Shown here: piece after piece, positions 29,989 to 41,025 of the stretch
Layout: each line of letters begins with the position of its first letter
Position numbering within the stretch: position 1 is the stretch's first letter
From: Alphaproteobacteria bacterium
Lineage (GTDB): Bacteria > Pseudomonadota > Alphaproteobacteria > MPNO01 > UBA830
Reading direction: 5' to 3'
Length of the DNA: 64,000 bases
NCBI GenBank assembly: GCA_965243135.1
Contig: OZ251539.1
Location: forward strand, 2,560,001-2,624,000
The notes under the pieces: model-generated
What the model saw: the letters and a program-made list of their open reading frames with translations, nothing else
Told to the model about the DNA's origin: nothing
Database searches by the model: none
Program-made: the position numbers and the translations under genes

Positions 29989-32160
29989 GATCCACCCCGC
30001 CGATTACATCGTCCACTACAGTACCCGCCCGGTCCGCGATTCCCAATAGCCGAATCTCCGCCGCCGAACGGCACCGCCGCCTCGACCGGCAAGTCGGCAG
30101 GCCTTGCTCGCACCCGGCCGACCCGCGCAGCCCGACATGCCGAGGGAACCGGCCCTCGGACGGAGCCAACTCGCCGACATCGCTTCGCCAGGAAACCGCC
30201 TGCCGACCCGCCCTGCTTCCGAAGCAGGCCGTCGAGGAGAAAATTTCAGGAGCAGCAGGGCAACCGGCAGAACCCGGCGGCAGCGGCTTCGGACGAACGT
30301 TCCCTGCTCGAGGGACGGACGCGGCGTTTCGCTGGCCAAGAGACAACCGGCAGCCACGCGCGCTGCGGTCGCAGGCGCCGGGCGATCACGAAAACCGGCG
30401 CGTCCCGGCGGGACGCGTTTCGAGAAGCGGCGCTCCGTCCCGCGGCGACCGCGAAAATGCGGCCGCGCGGCAAGCCGGCGCGGGCCTTCCCGGCGAAGCG
30501 GACCGGCCCTCGGGCCTTCCCGTCGACAAGCCGCTGCCGTAGCGCCCCGCGCTCTCCGAGGCCGTCCGCCCCGTCGAGAAGGCGAAGAACGCCCGGAAGA
30601 CAGCGTTCCCTCGACGCAACCGCAGGCGACCGCAGGCGCGCACGATATCCGGCGCGGTCGTCGCCGCTTCCCCGCCTCAAGCGGCGCTCGTACGGCTTCC
30701 ACCGCTCCCTGCGGCGGAATCGCCGTTCGCAGGCGGCCCGCCGTCGGGGTCGGCAAGACTGTTGTTCCGAATCACGATCCGATGCGCTCGCCGATCGCCT
30801 CGAACAGCCGCGCGATCCGCACGAACATCCAGCCTGCACGGCCATCCACCTCAAGCCGTTCCCGGCTCCAGCGCGAATACGCCCAAGCGACTCCCCGCTC
30901 GGCCTGAGCATCCTCGCTCCGCTCCCGGAGATCGGGCAACCATTCTTCTCGCGACCGCGCCGCCAGATAATCCCACTCATCGTCGCCGATCACCTTCAGC
31001 GTCCGCAGCGAACCCACCGTGCCGAATCGAACGTCGCCGGTCAGCGCGGCCTCGATCAGGTTGCGCGAGTCGTCATCGCCGGGACTTTCGGCCAGCCGCA
31101 ACTCCACGACGCCGATAGAGTCCAGCGACGCGGCCAGCGACGCCCGCTCGGCGTCGGTGAACGCGCGCTCCGCGCCCGGAGGCGACAGTTGCGGATGAAG
31201 CAACCCTTCCGTCAGAGGGACCAGCGCCGATCGCAGTTCTTCCGCGCCGCGCCGCAAAAGATCGTCGTTCGCGTCCTTGCCGGCCGGCAGCGCCCGCGAC
31301 ACGCGTACATCCGAGCCTTCGTGACGCTCCTGCAGCGCCTCCCACGCCCGTTCGCCCGCCGCGTCGCGATCCTGAACGAGCACCACTTCCCGCACCGACC
31401 TCGGGAATTCGACCCGCGCCACGCGTCCCGCCGAAACGCTCGCGACCAAGGCGATCTCCCGCTTCTCCTCCGGCGTCAGAACGCGGAGAACGGCAAGCGC
31501 GTCTTCCACGCCCTCGCAGATCGCGACCCGCGACGCCGCTTCCGGATCGCCGAACCACACGCCGCCCCGTCCGGGCGAACCCAGAGTGCGCTTGTGGCCG
31601 TCGATCTCCGCCGGGCTTCCATCCGGCGCCAAGAAGATTCGATGCACCGCTTCGAGAGTGCCGTCGGCGATTCGGACCGGCGCCAACAGCGCCGGCAGTT
31701 CGCGCATCTCGCCCGCCGCCTGGACCCATGCGGCAGGATGGTAACGCAGGCCCATTGCATCCGCCGGCGAGAGCCCGCGGCGCTCAAGGTAGCGCGCCGC
31801 GGGGCTGTTTTCGCCGAGAATGCGGGCGGTTCGCAGGAACCGCGCCAAGCGCGCCGTATCGACTCGGGCCGGCGCCTCCTCCACCGCGCGATCCGGCGCC
31901 GGCGCGTCGCCGAGGAAGGCGACGGCCTCGTCCTTCGCGTCGATCAGCCGGGCGTGTCCGCGCGCCGCGCGAATCAAATCGAGCAGGTCGCCTTTCTCTC
32001 CGGTGGCCTCGTCCGTCCACCTGCCGCGGCGCCGGCCCGTCAGATAGACGTAGAGCGACCGCCCCTTTTCGCCCGCCACCGAACCGGCCTGCCAATAGTT
32101 GCCCGCCCGAGCGCCTCCCGGCAGATAGTTCCGGCAGACCTGTTCGACGCGGTCCGCTAG

Positions 32161-33923
32161 CCCGCATATCTCACCAGAGCGAATCAGGGGGCTGGATTCG
32201 GGTTGCGGGCGCGGTTTTCGGGACGACCGGCGAGCCGGGGAAACAGGGCGCAGTCAGCAAGCAGGGCTTTCTCACGAACGAAACACGAACTTGCGCGGCT
32301 GCGGGCGACTCCGACGCCATGGAATCCAATGCCCGAACATACCCGTCCCGTGGCCGGCGTTCCGGCTTTCGAAAAAGGGTTGTCGGGGCCGCGAGCGGCG
32401 TCAGGTCGGGGCCGGCGGCGCAGCCGCCTGCAAGTTCGCCAGGACCCGGGCGAACAGATCCTTCCACGGCCAGACCGACGAAAACGAGAGCAGAACCCTC
32501 CGAACGGAGATGCGGATGCAGACGGCGACCTTGAGGAGCTTCGTCCGAATCGTTCCGGCCTGCGCCCTGTCCTCCCCGGTGCCGGCCAGGCCGACCCTCC
32601 GAATCGCCGCCACCAGGTGGCTGGCGAACGTCGCAAAGTCGAGGCGCAACTGGTTCGCCCGCATGGTCGCGGTCGAGGTCCGGTCGGCGAACAGGTCGAG
32701 CTGCTGTTCCTTGATGCGGTTCTCCATTTCGCCGCGCGCGCAGTACAGATCCTCGTAGAGAGCCTGCGCTCCCGCCCGCTTGCAGCCCAGCGAAGTCACG
32801 ACGAAGCGGGCGTTGAGGCCGCGAGGACCCGGCAGCCACTCCGCCTTCGCGACCACCCGCCGCGTCCGGCTCCACGACCTCCGGGTTCGGTACCGGAAGT
32901 CGCAGAACCGCCGCGACGCCTTGCCGGTCGAGAGGCAGCGGCGGCGCGACTTGCGCAACTGCCTGGCGATGCGCCCCGCCAGGCGGGGGTTGCGGGACAG
33001 GCCGAACAGGTAGTCGACCCCGTTGTCTTCGCACCACGTCATGAGTTCGTCGCGGCAAAAGCCGCCGTCGCCGCGAACGACGATCCCGGTCTCCGGCCAG
33101 CGCTTGCGAATGCGCTCCACAATCCGTGCCAACTCCTCCGCCGTGCCCGCCGCCGGGTCGACGTTCGCAGGCCGCAACCGCGAACACAAAATCAGATCGT
33201 CCCACACGATGTAGAGCGGAAGGTAGCAGTATGAGTCGTAGTAGCCGTGGAAGTGACGCCCCTCCTGGTTGCCGTGCACCAGGTCGTCGGTGGAGTCGAC
33301 GTCCAGCCAGATCTCTTTCGGCGGCGACGGACAGGCGTCGAGGGACAAGTCGATCTTGAGATCGTCCAGCGCTCCCGGAATGGCCGTGATCTTCTTGTAC
33401 CGGTGCGTCTCGGCCTCGCCGGGAACGCCCAGCTCGAACCGGTTCACGGTGCTCGAACCGGCCAGTGGAATGCCGCGGTCGCGCTCCCGAACCCGCTCCT
33501 CCCCGGTCAGGTCGGTGCACCCGACAGCCAGCGCCAGCACGCTGTCGGCCCGAATCTGGTCGTGATCGTTCACGTCCTCGTAACCCAGCAAAAGGCCGAA
33601 CAGCCGCTGTGAAACCAACCGCCGCACCGGGTGCTCGAGGCGTTCCTGACATCGGTGATCCTCGAAGCAAGCCGCCATTCGCGGCGTCAGGTCGAGCAGC
33701 GTGTCGGCCTGGCGCAACAGCGTCGCGCCGCCGTCGGTGCTGAGCCGGCCGCCTTCGAAATCGCCGACCACCTTGCGGCTTCCGAGGCCTTGAAACTCAA
33801 GCTGCAACGGTTTACAGTCTGTTGGCATGGGGTTTTCCTTCGCAGGTCGTGTAGTGGCTTGATTCTTCTATATGTACTGCGAATCGAAGACCCCATGCAA
33901 CCAGTTGTGGTGAGATATCCGGG
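32161..33923 (-). mobile_element. IS1380-family insertion sequence
   Basis: Terminal IRs cccgcatatctcacca / tggtgagatatccggg (15 of 16 match); 4-bp target duplication CTAG at 32157-32160 and 33924-33927. Confidence 0.95.
32401..33828 (-). CDS. IS1380-family DDE transposase
   Basis: FEGGRLSTDGG, GYEDVNDHD, LDVDSTDD, HGNQEG, RGDGGF, YCARGEMENRIKEQ. Confidence 0.95.
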   Translation of the reverse strand: MPTDCKPLQLEFQGLGSRKVVGDFEGGRLSTDGGATLLRQADTLLDLTPRMAACFEDHRCQERLEHPVRRLVSQRLFGLLLGYEDVNDHDQIRADSVLALAVGCTDLTGEERVRERDRGIPLAGSSTVNRFELGVPGEAETHRYKKITAIPGALDDLKIDLSLDACPSPPKEIWLDVDSTDDLVHGNQEGRHFHGYYDSYCYLPLYIVWDDLILCSRLRPANVDPAAGTAEELARIVERIRKRWPETGIVVRGDGGFCRDELMTWCEDNGVDYLFGLSRNPRLAGRIARQLRKSRRRCLSTGKASRRFCDFRYRTRRSWSRTRRVVAKAEWLPGPRGLNARFVVTSLGCKRAGAQALYEDLYCARGEMENRIKEQQLDLFADRTSTATMRANQLRLDFATFASHLVAAIRRVGLAGTGEDRAQAGTIRTKLLKVAVCIRISVRRVLLSFSSVWPWKDLFARVLANLQAAAPPAPT

Positions 33924-34464
33924 CTAGCGCGGCCGCCAATGCGCCGGCGGCGGGGTACCGCCCGGGCCCGCTCTGCAGCGCCTGCGCCATGTCTCGTTCT
34001 CCCGCCATGCTGCCGGCCGGACAAAGGTTTCGGGGCGGCTTGACGCTCGCGGACATTCGCAGAGAGTAACGCACCGCACGAAACGCCGCCCGCGGGCCCC
34101 GCTCGTTCCAGCGGAACGTAACACAGACGAGCACGGCCCGTTCCAGAGCGCGCGGACGAACGGATGGTTCGCCAGTCCGTCGCTGCCGCCCAAAACGCTT
34201 CCGGAAGAAATACCGGAAGATTCGGCGAGACGGGCTGATTTTCGACAGGCTCGGAACCTGCTCGCTTCGATTGCATCGGAATTGACAGGGAGGAGGTAAA
34301 AGGCGCGTCCATTTCATCGGAGCCGATGAGGGCCAACGATTCTCCGACAGCTTCCCACCATGGTTCGCATGATGGATGTTTCGGCGGGAGAAACAGCAGC
34401 GTCGATCCGCTGGCGTACCGCTCTTTCCTGCGTACACCCCCGAGGCGAAGATGGATGGACGGCT

Positions 34465-35319
34465 TCAGATTCGATCAAAGAACGCCCTATCCACCGCGCC
34501 GCCTTCCACTGTTTTCACACCCATATCGTATTCCTTCAACAGATCGCAGAGCTCTTCGCCATCGATCAGATCAATGGTTGGCGCCTCGGTTCTGTTCGCC
34601 TCTTCACTTGCTCCCCTTGTGAATGTCCCGGTGGTGATGAACAGGCCCTTGTCCGAGCGCCCGGCCATCGCTCCTCTGAAGTCGCGGATTTCGCGCGCAG
34701 CGACGGAACCGATGAATCTCTTGCACTGGAACAAAACACGGAACGAGATAAGATTGACCCGGAGCAGGCCAATACCGTCTATGCCACCATCGCCGGGGCT
34801 TCCCGTGACCTCAACGTTCGTGAAACCCGCCTCCCGCAACAAGCGCTGGCAAAGACGCTCGAACGCCTTAGGCGGAATACCGCGCAATACATCGAGAAGG
34901 TGATCTTTCCATTCGTCTTGCGGCGTATCCTGAACCTGCCCCGAAGAACCATCTTCGGCTTTTTTGAGGCTACGGCGCTTGAGGTATTCCTTGTGTGCAT
35001 TATCGACTATTTCACTAACCTTTTCATCCGACTGAACTGACCGCCCATACTCGTTGATCGTCCAGACGCCTCTCGATGAATTTTCGACCAGACCGGCGAT
35101 CTTAAGATAGGTACGAGCCCAACTCGCATTGGCGTCAAAGATAGTCCTCGTGGAACCTTCCTTGTGCGGGATCTCCCGGATCGAGTCTGGGAGTTGCAGA
35201 TCAGATGCGACCTTGTCCGAGATCTCCCGAATGGTGCCGGACCCCCCCAATGCGCTCAAGGCTTTCAAGGTCGGCCCGAGCAAGTCCTGCCATCCTGGAA
35301 CTTTTTGTGGTTGAGCCAT
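34465..35319 (-). CDS. mrr: Mrr-family (type IV) restriction endonuclease
   Basis: Mrr_N motif WARTYLKIAGLVENSSRGVW; Mrr_cat motifs FERL, DGGIDG, QCKR, KGLFITTG, LIDG. Confidence 0.92.
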   Translation of the reverse strand: MAQPQKVPGWQDLLGPTLKALSALGGSGTIREISDKVASDLQLPDSIREIPHKEGSTRTIFDANASWARTYLKIAGLVENSSRGVWTINEYGRSVQSDEKVSEIVDNAHKEYLKRRSLKKAEDGSSGQVQDTPQDEWKDHLLDVLRGIPPKAFERLCQRLLREAGFTNVEVTGSPGDGGIDGIGLLRVNLISFRVLFQCKRFIGSVAAREIRDFRGAMAGRSDKGLFITTGTFTRGASEEANRTEAPTIDLIDGEELCDLLKEYDMGVKTVEGGAVDRAFFDRI

Positions 35320-36011
35320 CAATCCTCCTCATTCTTGCTTGTCAGAATCAGGTCCGATGTCGACAGGCCGGTGAAGCAAGTTTGCTCTACCCCATTCCCG
35401 AAATGATTTTCAGACGACGAACGTTCCCACTGTCCCTGCACCTTAGCTCACAGGCCAGACCATATTGCCCTCGCGACAAAGATTGCCGCCCGCTCGCGTC
35501 GCACTTCCGAGTTGACAGGAGGAGGTTACAAGATGCTTGAACAAAGTCAAAGTGCACCCCGAACGCTCACTCCAAGGCTATCGATCCTCCCGCCGGCAGT
35601 TTCGGCAATGCCTCGAATCCACAGTCCTGCCATCCGAGCCAAGGCCGGGAGCACTCCTGACCCGTAGTGGAGCGGCACACCGACTTCCAGAAACAGGTGC
35701 AGCCAAGATCTCTAGGCGCACTGCCGACTTCGTCCGCAACCTGCAACCAACCGATCGGCAATGCAAAACCGGCGACCGGCAACCGCTTTCATGTATGTGC
35801 ACACGGTCCACAGAGCGTCACAGGCTCATGCCGCCGCGGGCTTTGCCCGAAACACTTTCTCCTGCCTCCCCGACCGAACGCTATCGCGCTCGTCCCGTTC
35901 GACTCCGTTAGTTTCCTGCGCTCTGGATATCCCTTGGTCCGCCCGCACATCGTTCCGCCCGGCCCACCTCCGCGAGATCATCTCCCTATCCCGCACAAGA
36001 AGCCCCGGACC

Positions 36012-36221
36012 GGACCACTGCTACGCCCGGTCGGCAAGGCCGAAGGCGTAGCCCTCCATGTCATGACGCCGCAAGCCGTCATGACGCGGCTGAAGCGGCG
36101 GTCCGAGCAAGCAGGCATCGCGCTCTGCAGTCCGCACGACCTGCGCCGGCCGTTCGTCGGCGACCTGCTCAAGGTCGACACCGACTTCGCGATCATCCAA
36201 CGTTTCGCCGGACATGCTAGC
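36012..36221 (+). pseudogene. Tyrosine recombinase C-terminal fragment
   Basis: SPHDLRR...DLL...IQRFAGHAS; catalytic Tyr region and N-terminus are missing. Confidence 0.75.
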
Positions 36222-36419
36222 CGCAGACGACCGGCGCGGCGAATTTCAGCGCCGCGGCTTCCGTTCGGGCGCGCATCGGTGCAGACGACGCCGAACGTGA
36301 AAGACGGGCATGCGCACGCCGACAAACGCGAAGCACCGGACCGACCTCCAGGGCGATCAGGAAAGCGCACTAGCTGCCAATCGTCGGTCGCAAGCCGCGC
36401 CGTCGAACGGGAATTCGCT

Positions 36420-37350
36420 TCAGGGCACCCGAAACGTGGCAACGGGAGGAATCTCGTCCAGTTTCCTGGGTTCCAGCGTCGGAACGTGAGGGGCGCCCAG
36501 CAGCTCGAACCAGCGTTTCCTGTCTCCGCCCGCCGCCCTTATGGGCCCGGAGTACAGGGCGACCGGCCCGCTCAGGTCGGAAACGACCATGTTCACTTCG
36601 CCGGGCATCCAGTCCGGCGAGCGCAGATCGTCAAGCGGCAGGGCCGTGTGGGTGTAGTCGGCCAGAAGATCCTGGACGACTGCGCGCCCGCCCCAGCTGT
36701 TCGCCGCTTTCGCGACCAGTTGGGACGCCATTCTCGCCCAGACCTGCCGCACGTTGACCCCGGGCGCCCTGACCGGACCCCCGGCGGCGCGCGAACAGAA
36801 CCGCCCTGCGAAAGGCGCTCTGGATATTGGTCCCCTTTTCCCTGTTCCCTCCGGACGTCGAACAAGTCATTATCTCGACGACGACGGGAACGGATCCGGG
36901 TTCCGCGGCCCGCAGCACATAGTCGAGGCGGTAGTCGAACACGCCTTTCTCCCCCTCCTCCTTGAGAGATATTTCAGACCACACGGATACTTCCTGTCCG
37001 GGGAGAAAACCGCAGAGCGCGAACACCCGGTCGGCCAGGTCGCGATGTCGATCCGCGACGCCGTTCGAGGAAAAGGCGAGCAGTCGCCTGGAGCAAATCG
37101 CCCATGTCTCTTTTTTCTTCGGGGTTTCGATCGAGCAGATACCGCACGGAAGATGGCCCTGCGTCCTGCGGCCGACCTTGTAGTCGAAAAAGGGTCCCAG
37201 TCCCGGATCCGCCGCGGCCACGCGAGCCATGTCGCGGTTTCCCCCGCCGTCGCAGATTTCGCCCAGGAACGGACACAGTGCGCTGCGGCAAGCGCTCGAA
37301 TCCATGTTTCCGTCGAGAACCTGACCGAACAGTTCCCTGACTACAGGCAC
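36420..37350 (-). pseudogene. NotI-like type II restriction endonuclease, frameshifted
   Basis: CPF...C, GICS, WAIC Cys cluster; LDYVL, VEIMTCSTSG; continues in another frame near 36780 as PGVNVRQVWARMASQLVAK. Confidence 0.65.
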
Positions 37351-38415
37351 AGGCTCTCTCTCAGATCCGAAGCGACGGGCCATCGGCGGCGGCACCGCGT
37401 TCGCCACCTGCCGATGCTGGTCGAGGTCGCGAACGACGCCGGTTCGCCGGCGGATGGGGCCCACGAAAACGTGGCCGTCGGGAAAGCCCTGAAGGCGAGC
37501 GGCTTCGCGAGGAGTGATGTAGCGGTCCGCCGTGGGATGATAGAGCGCTTCGCCGCATCGAAGCGTCGACGCCAGCATGGATCTGTCCAGCCTTCTGTAC
37601 TTCGTGGTGTCCTTGCGGGTCAGGTTCCTGAGAATGTCCGGAGGCACGCCGGGCGTCTTCGAGAGCCACAGCCCTTCGGGCACGTAGGCGATGCGTTCGC
37701 GCTGCGGGGTCACGTCGACGTGGTTCGGAAACGGCGGCTCTCCGCCCGGAGCGGACGGCTCCGGAAGACCCCGAAGCGCTTCGCCGACCGTGACCTGAAG
37801 GCCGGATCGCAGAATGGGAAACTCGAACCGCTGGCCCGCGGGCACGAATGCCATGACCGCCCGCCGCCGGCGTTGCGCGACGCCGTGCTCGCTGGCCTCG
37901 AGCAGGTCGGCGCGCATGTCGTATCCCAGTCTGCGAAACTCCGCCTGAAGAGCGTCCATCAGGGGGGAGCCGTCCAGAGTCCGGGCCCGCAGGAAGTTGG
38001 GTACCTGCTCGATCAGGATGGCGGTGGGACGAAGGGCTTCCGCGAACCTCGCCATTTCGAAGACCAGCCCTCCGCGAGGGTCGCGAAGGCCGGCCTGCTT
38101 GCCGATCTGGCTGAAGGGCTGGCACGGCGGACCTCCGTGGAGCAGGCTCAACTGTCCCCGTTCCAGCCCGAGCGCTTCCAGGATCCTCGCGGGATCCAGC
38201 GCCCGGACGTCCACCTGCCAGACGGTCTTCCGCTTTGCGTTGCGCCGCAGCGGCGCGGCGCAGTGCGGATCGGCGGCGCAAACGGTCTTGAAGCCGGCCT
38301 GGTCGACGCCGATGTCCATGCCGCCCGCTCCGGCGAACAGGCTGATGGCCGTCCGGCCTTTCACGGCGCGAAGCCCTCGTCGATCTCCAGCGTTGCCCGG
38401 CAGCCCGTCATGCAT
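37341..38415 (-). pseudogene. dcm: DNA (cytosine-5) methyltransferase with a C-terminal frameshift fusing it to the REase
   Basis: SLFAGAGG, GGPPCQPFS, EQV (ENV variant), QRRRR, REAARLQGFP, ANAVPP; native-looking end AVASDLRESLCL* lies in another frame. Confidence 0.85.
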
Positions 38416-38719
38416 CGCAGATTCCCCTCCCCAATTGTATTTCAATTGCGTAGCCTCCGAATCGTCAATCGATCTTCCTTCGCCGGCCCGGCGAGTGCCG
38501 CGTGCGCCTCAAGAGCCGCCCTTTCGGAACATAAGGTGTCTTTTGATGGCTTTCAAGGGGAAATTTTAGCGGCCGGTCGAAATTCCGTCCCGACGCGCCG
38601 AACACGCGCCGAACCGGCGGGGCCGGAAAGGCGGTTTCGTCCGCGCCGAAGCTGCCTGGCCGCCGCTCCGGCCGACGAACGCGAAAGTCGTCGCACTGTC
38701 CGCCGCTGCGCGATCGCCT

Positions 38720-39102
38720 TCAGCCTTCCAGAAACGCCCGCGTCCGGACCGAGTAGAGAGCCCGATTTCGCATTCCCGGAGCGGGAGGATCTCCCAGTCC
38801 GTTTCGAGGAGGCAGGCCGCGTTCTCGGCGTCCCTCTTCCTGTTGCGCGCTAGTTTCGGGAGCCGGTAGTCTCGCCTCGACTTCCGAAGCCGTCCGTGCG
38901 GACAGGAGTGTCGGCGCCGGAAGCAACCGTGGACGCGGATCATTTTCCTCCGGTCGGGAAAGACCGGAGTGCCGGGCAGATCTCTCCGATGAAGTCGATA
39001 AAAATATCCAATCGCGTGCGTCAGGAGACGCACGATCATTTCGGGCCCAGTATCCTTGCTCCCGACCCCGCGCCCGCTTCGAACGCCCGTACGTTCCGCC
39101 AT
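38720..39102 (-). pseudogene. vsr: Very short patch repair endonuclease, degraded
   Basis: SKDTGPEMIVR, LPGTP, VHGCF, KLARNRKRD; conserved residues lost (FW, DIV). Confidence 0.8.
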
Positions 39103-39420
39103 TGCCGGGTTCCAGAATTCAGGGGCGGACGGACAGCCCGCACGGCTACCCCATGCCGGGATTTCAGTTCAAGGAAGAGGCCGCAGCCCACATCGATTTC
39201 ACGCCGCCGCCGAACTTCGGCGGCGAACGTTTTGCCTCCTTGCAAGTTCTTGAGGCGAACCGGCAGGCCGATAGCCGCTCCGCTCCTTCGGTTCGTCTGC
39301 CCGATTCGCTTCATGTTCGCTTTCGCCCCAAGCGCCCAACGGTCAAGCAATCTCCTCGTGGTTCGCTGGAAAGCGGTTGCGGCGCTACCGCTTGCGAAGC
39401 CTTTCGCAACAAGGACAACG

Positions 39421-39850
39421 GTAGAGTCGATGACTGACGCGTTCGCGGGTAGGAGGGTCCAGTGATTGTTCGGTCACTGTCGCTCCCGGCCTCAGTCCGA
39501 CTCACCTGACCGCGTTTCCGGTCCCCCCCCTCTCCGAACCGGACGTACGGAGCATCCGTTTCTCCAACACGCGTCTCGCACACGGAGGGCAGCGATCCTG
39601 AACAGACTGGCTCTCCGGCCCAGAGTTGCACCGTCTCTGGTCTGCTCTCGCTTTTCCAGATCGCCATCGAACGTGTTCACGCCTCGACAGCCCCGGCCTC
39701 TCGACCGGGTTCCTTCGCTTTTGCATGTGACGCTTCCGGGATCTCCGGCAAGTAGTCGGTTGTTGGCCGAGCCCTTCTCCCTTGCGCTGCCTCCACCGCT
39801 CCGGCACCTCGACTCACCGACCAGCCCGCCCGATAATGCCCTTCGCAACA
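39421..39850 (-). mobile_element. Degenerate ORF-less group II intron remnant (DV-DVI recognisable; 5' limit uncertain)
   Basis: Minus strand: gaaacggatgc..tccgtacgtccggttcggagaggggg (DV-like, 39565-39526), long DVI ending cgactctac at 39421. Confidence 0.65.
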
Positions 39851-40393
39851 GAGATTGCCGACTGTCGGTGTTGTACTTCGAAGTCGATAGGGTTTTTTAA
39901 AGAATTTGCAAGAAAACTATGTCGTCCGTCCGCCCATGCGTTCGCGGCTTTCGGGAAAGCACGCCGCCATCTGGCATCGAGCATGGTCTCAAGATCGAAA
40001 CCGCGACGTTCTGGATGCACAACACGGGTTTCTGACGGTGGTGCCGAGTCCTGTCGGCAACTGTGTCTCGGAGAGCCGTCTTCGAGGCTGCGAGTGCATA
40101 CCGTGCCCCCAGAGCGTCGCGACCGGATCAAATATCTACTTCGCTTCCTTGCCGCCAAACAGCAATAGACGCCACGCCAAGTGATGTTGAACGTAGATGA
40201 CGAACATACACAGAAAACATAGATGCGGGCTCATGTTTCTAGTATCGCTGCCACCGTATGCAAAGGCGTCCACGACGCGGTTGAAAGGCCGCCCTGTGCG
40301 ATCCATCGGGTAGATCCGGGCCCGCGTCGCGTCAACAGGCGGCACCCGGATCCGATTTGGCGTCGGAGGACCTGAGAAAAAAAATGCAGCGGC

Positions 40394-40436
40394 AACCAAT
40401 TTTGTGGTTGACATCGCGTCGGATTGTGGTTACGTT
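40394..40436 (+). promoter_or_regulatory. Sigma70 promoter with overlapping repeats
   Basis: TTGACA(40408)-17bp-TACGTT(40431); TTGTGGTT at 40402 and 40424; AACCA-6-TGGTT inverted repeat. Confidence 0.6.
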
Positions 40437-40709
40437 GCCCTTGAATTTGCGACGCGACTATTCGCGGTTTTCCACCCTGTCACCATAGACGAGGGGCGGC
40501 TGCGCAGGGCTGACCGGTTTTATCCGGAAGCCTTGTACGTCTTGGGATGACCACATCGTAGTTGTTGCCGCCTTCGGTCACGCTGGGTGTTGCCCGGCAA
40601 GCGGAAGGAGGATGCGCATGGAGAACGAGTCTCCCTGGCACCTCGGTTCATCACCGCAATTTGCGGCCGAGGCAGGCTTGCGTATCGGCCGCCAGCCAAG
40701 GAGACGAAG

Positions 40710-40907
40710 ATGTCAGCCAGTACCGAAATGAAGAAAGTTCGCCGACGGCTTGAGCGGTTGGGTTTCATCGCAACCAAGACTCGCAGTGGCCATTGGAAGT
40801 TCGGGCATCCGAACATGGAAGGCGTCGTGTTTGCGGCCGGCACGCCTTCCGACCACCGCGCCATCAAGAATTTTCTCGCCGAATTGCAGCGAAAAACGAG
40901 AGAGTGA
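40710..40907 (+). CDS. HicA-like small basic protein (dsRBD-like mRNA interferase fold)
   Basis: LERLGF...TRSGHWKFGHP...GTPSDHRAIKNFLAEL; alternative start ATG 40728. Confidence 0.65.
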   Translation: MSASTEMKKVRRRLERLGFIATKTRSGHWKFGHPNMEGVVFAAGTPSDHRAIKNFLAELQRKTRE

Positions 40908-41025
40908 GAACGCTGTCCCTTGCTTGATCGGCAATCTAGGGATCGGCACCTTGAGCGGTCCCCAGCCTCGCTCTTGCACGGCATCACATCTGTACATCCA
41001 ACGTGATGGAGGAATCGGAGGAATT

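Larger units (their letters stand above)
30772..33990 (-). pseudogene. Plasmid/ICE-type primase-like Toprim protein (DUF7146-like + toprim) split by IS1380
   Basis: Removing the IS and one CTAG restores MAQALQ...GALAAALADRVEQVCRNYL...YWQAG...GRWTDEATGEKGDLLDLI; also AVHRIFL, CEGVEDAL, DRDAAG, KDANDDL. Confidence 0.85.

Noticed and set aside
30000-30770. attL duplication of the tRNA-Met 3' end, or a structured RNA
   Set aside because: No copy of tggtagcggagg found by eye; only scattered GC hairpins and one 12-bp repeat (cgggccttcccg)
36631-38445. Natural MTase-endonuclease fusion protein
   Set aside because: The native stop and overlapping start are visible in another frame, so the fusion is a frameshift product
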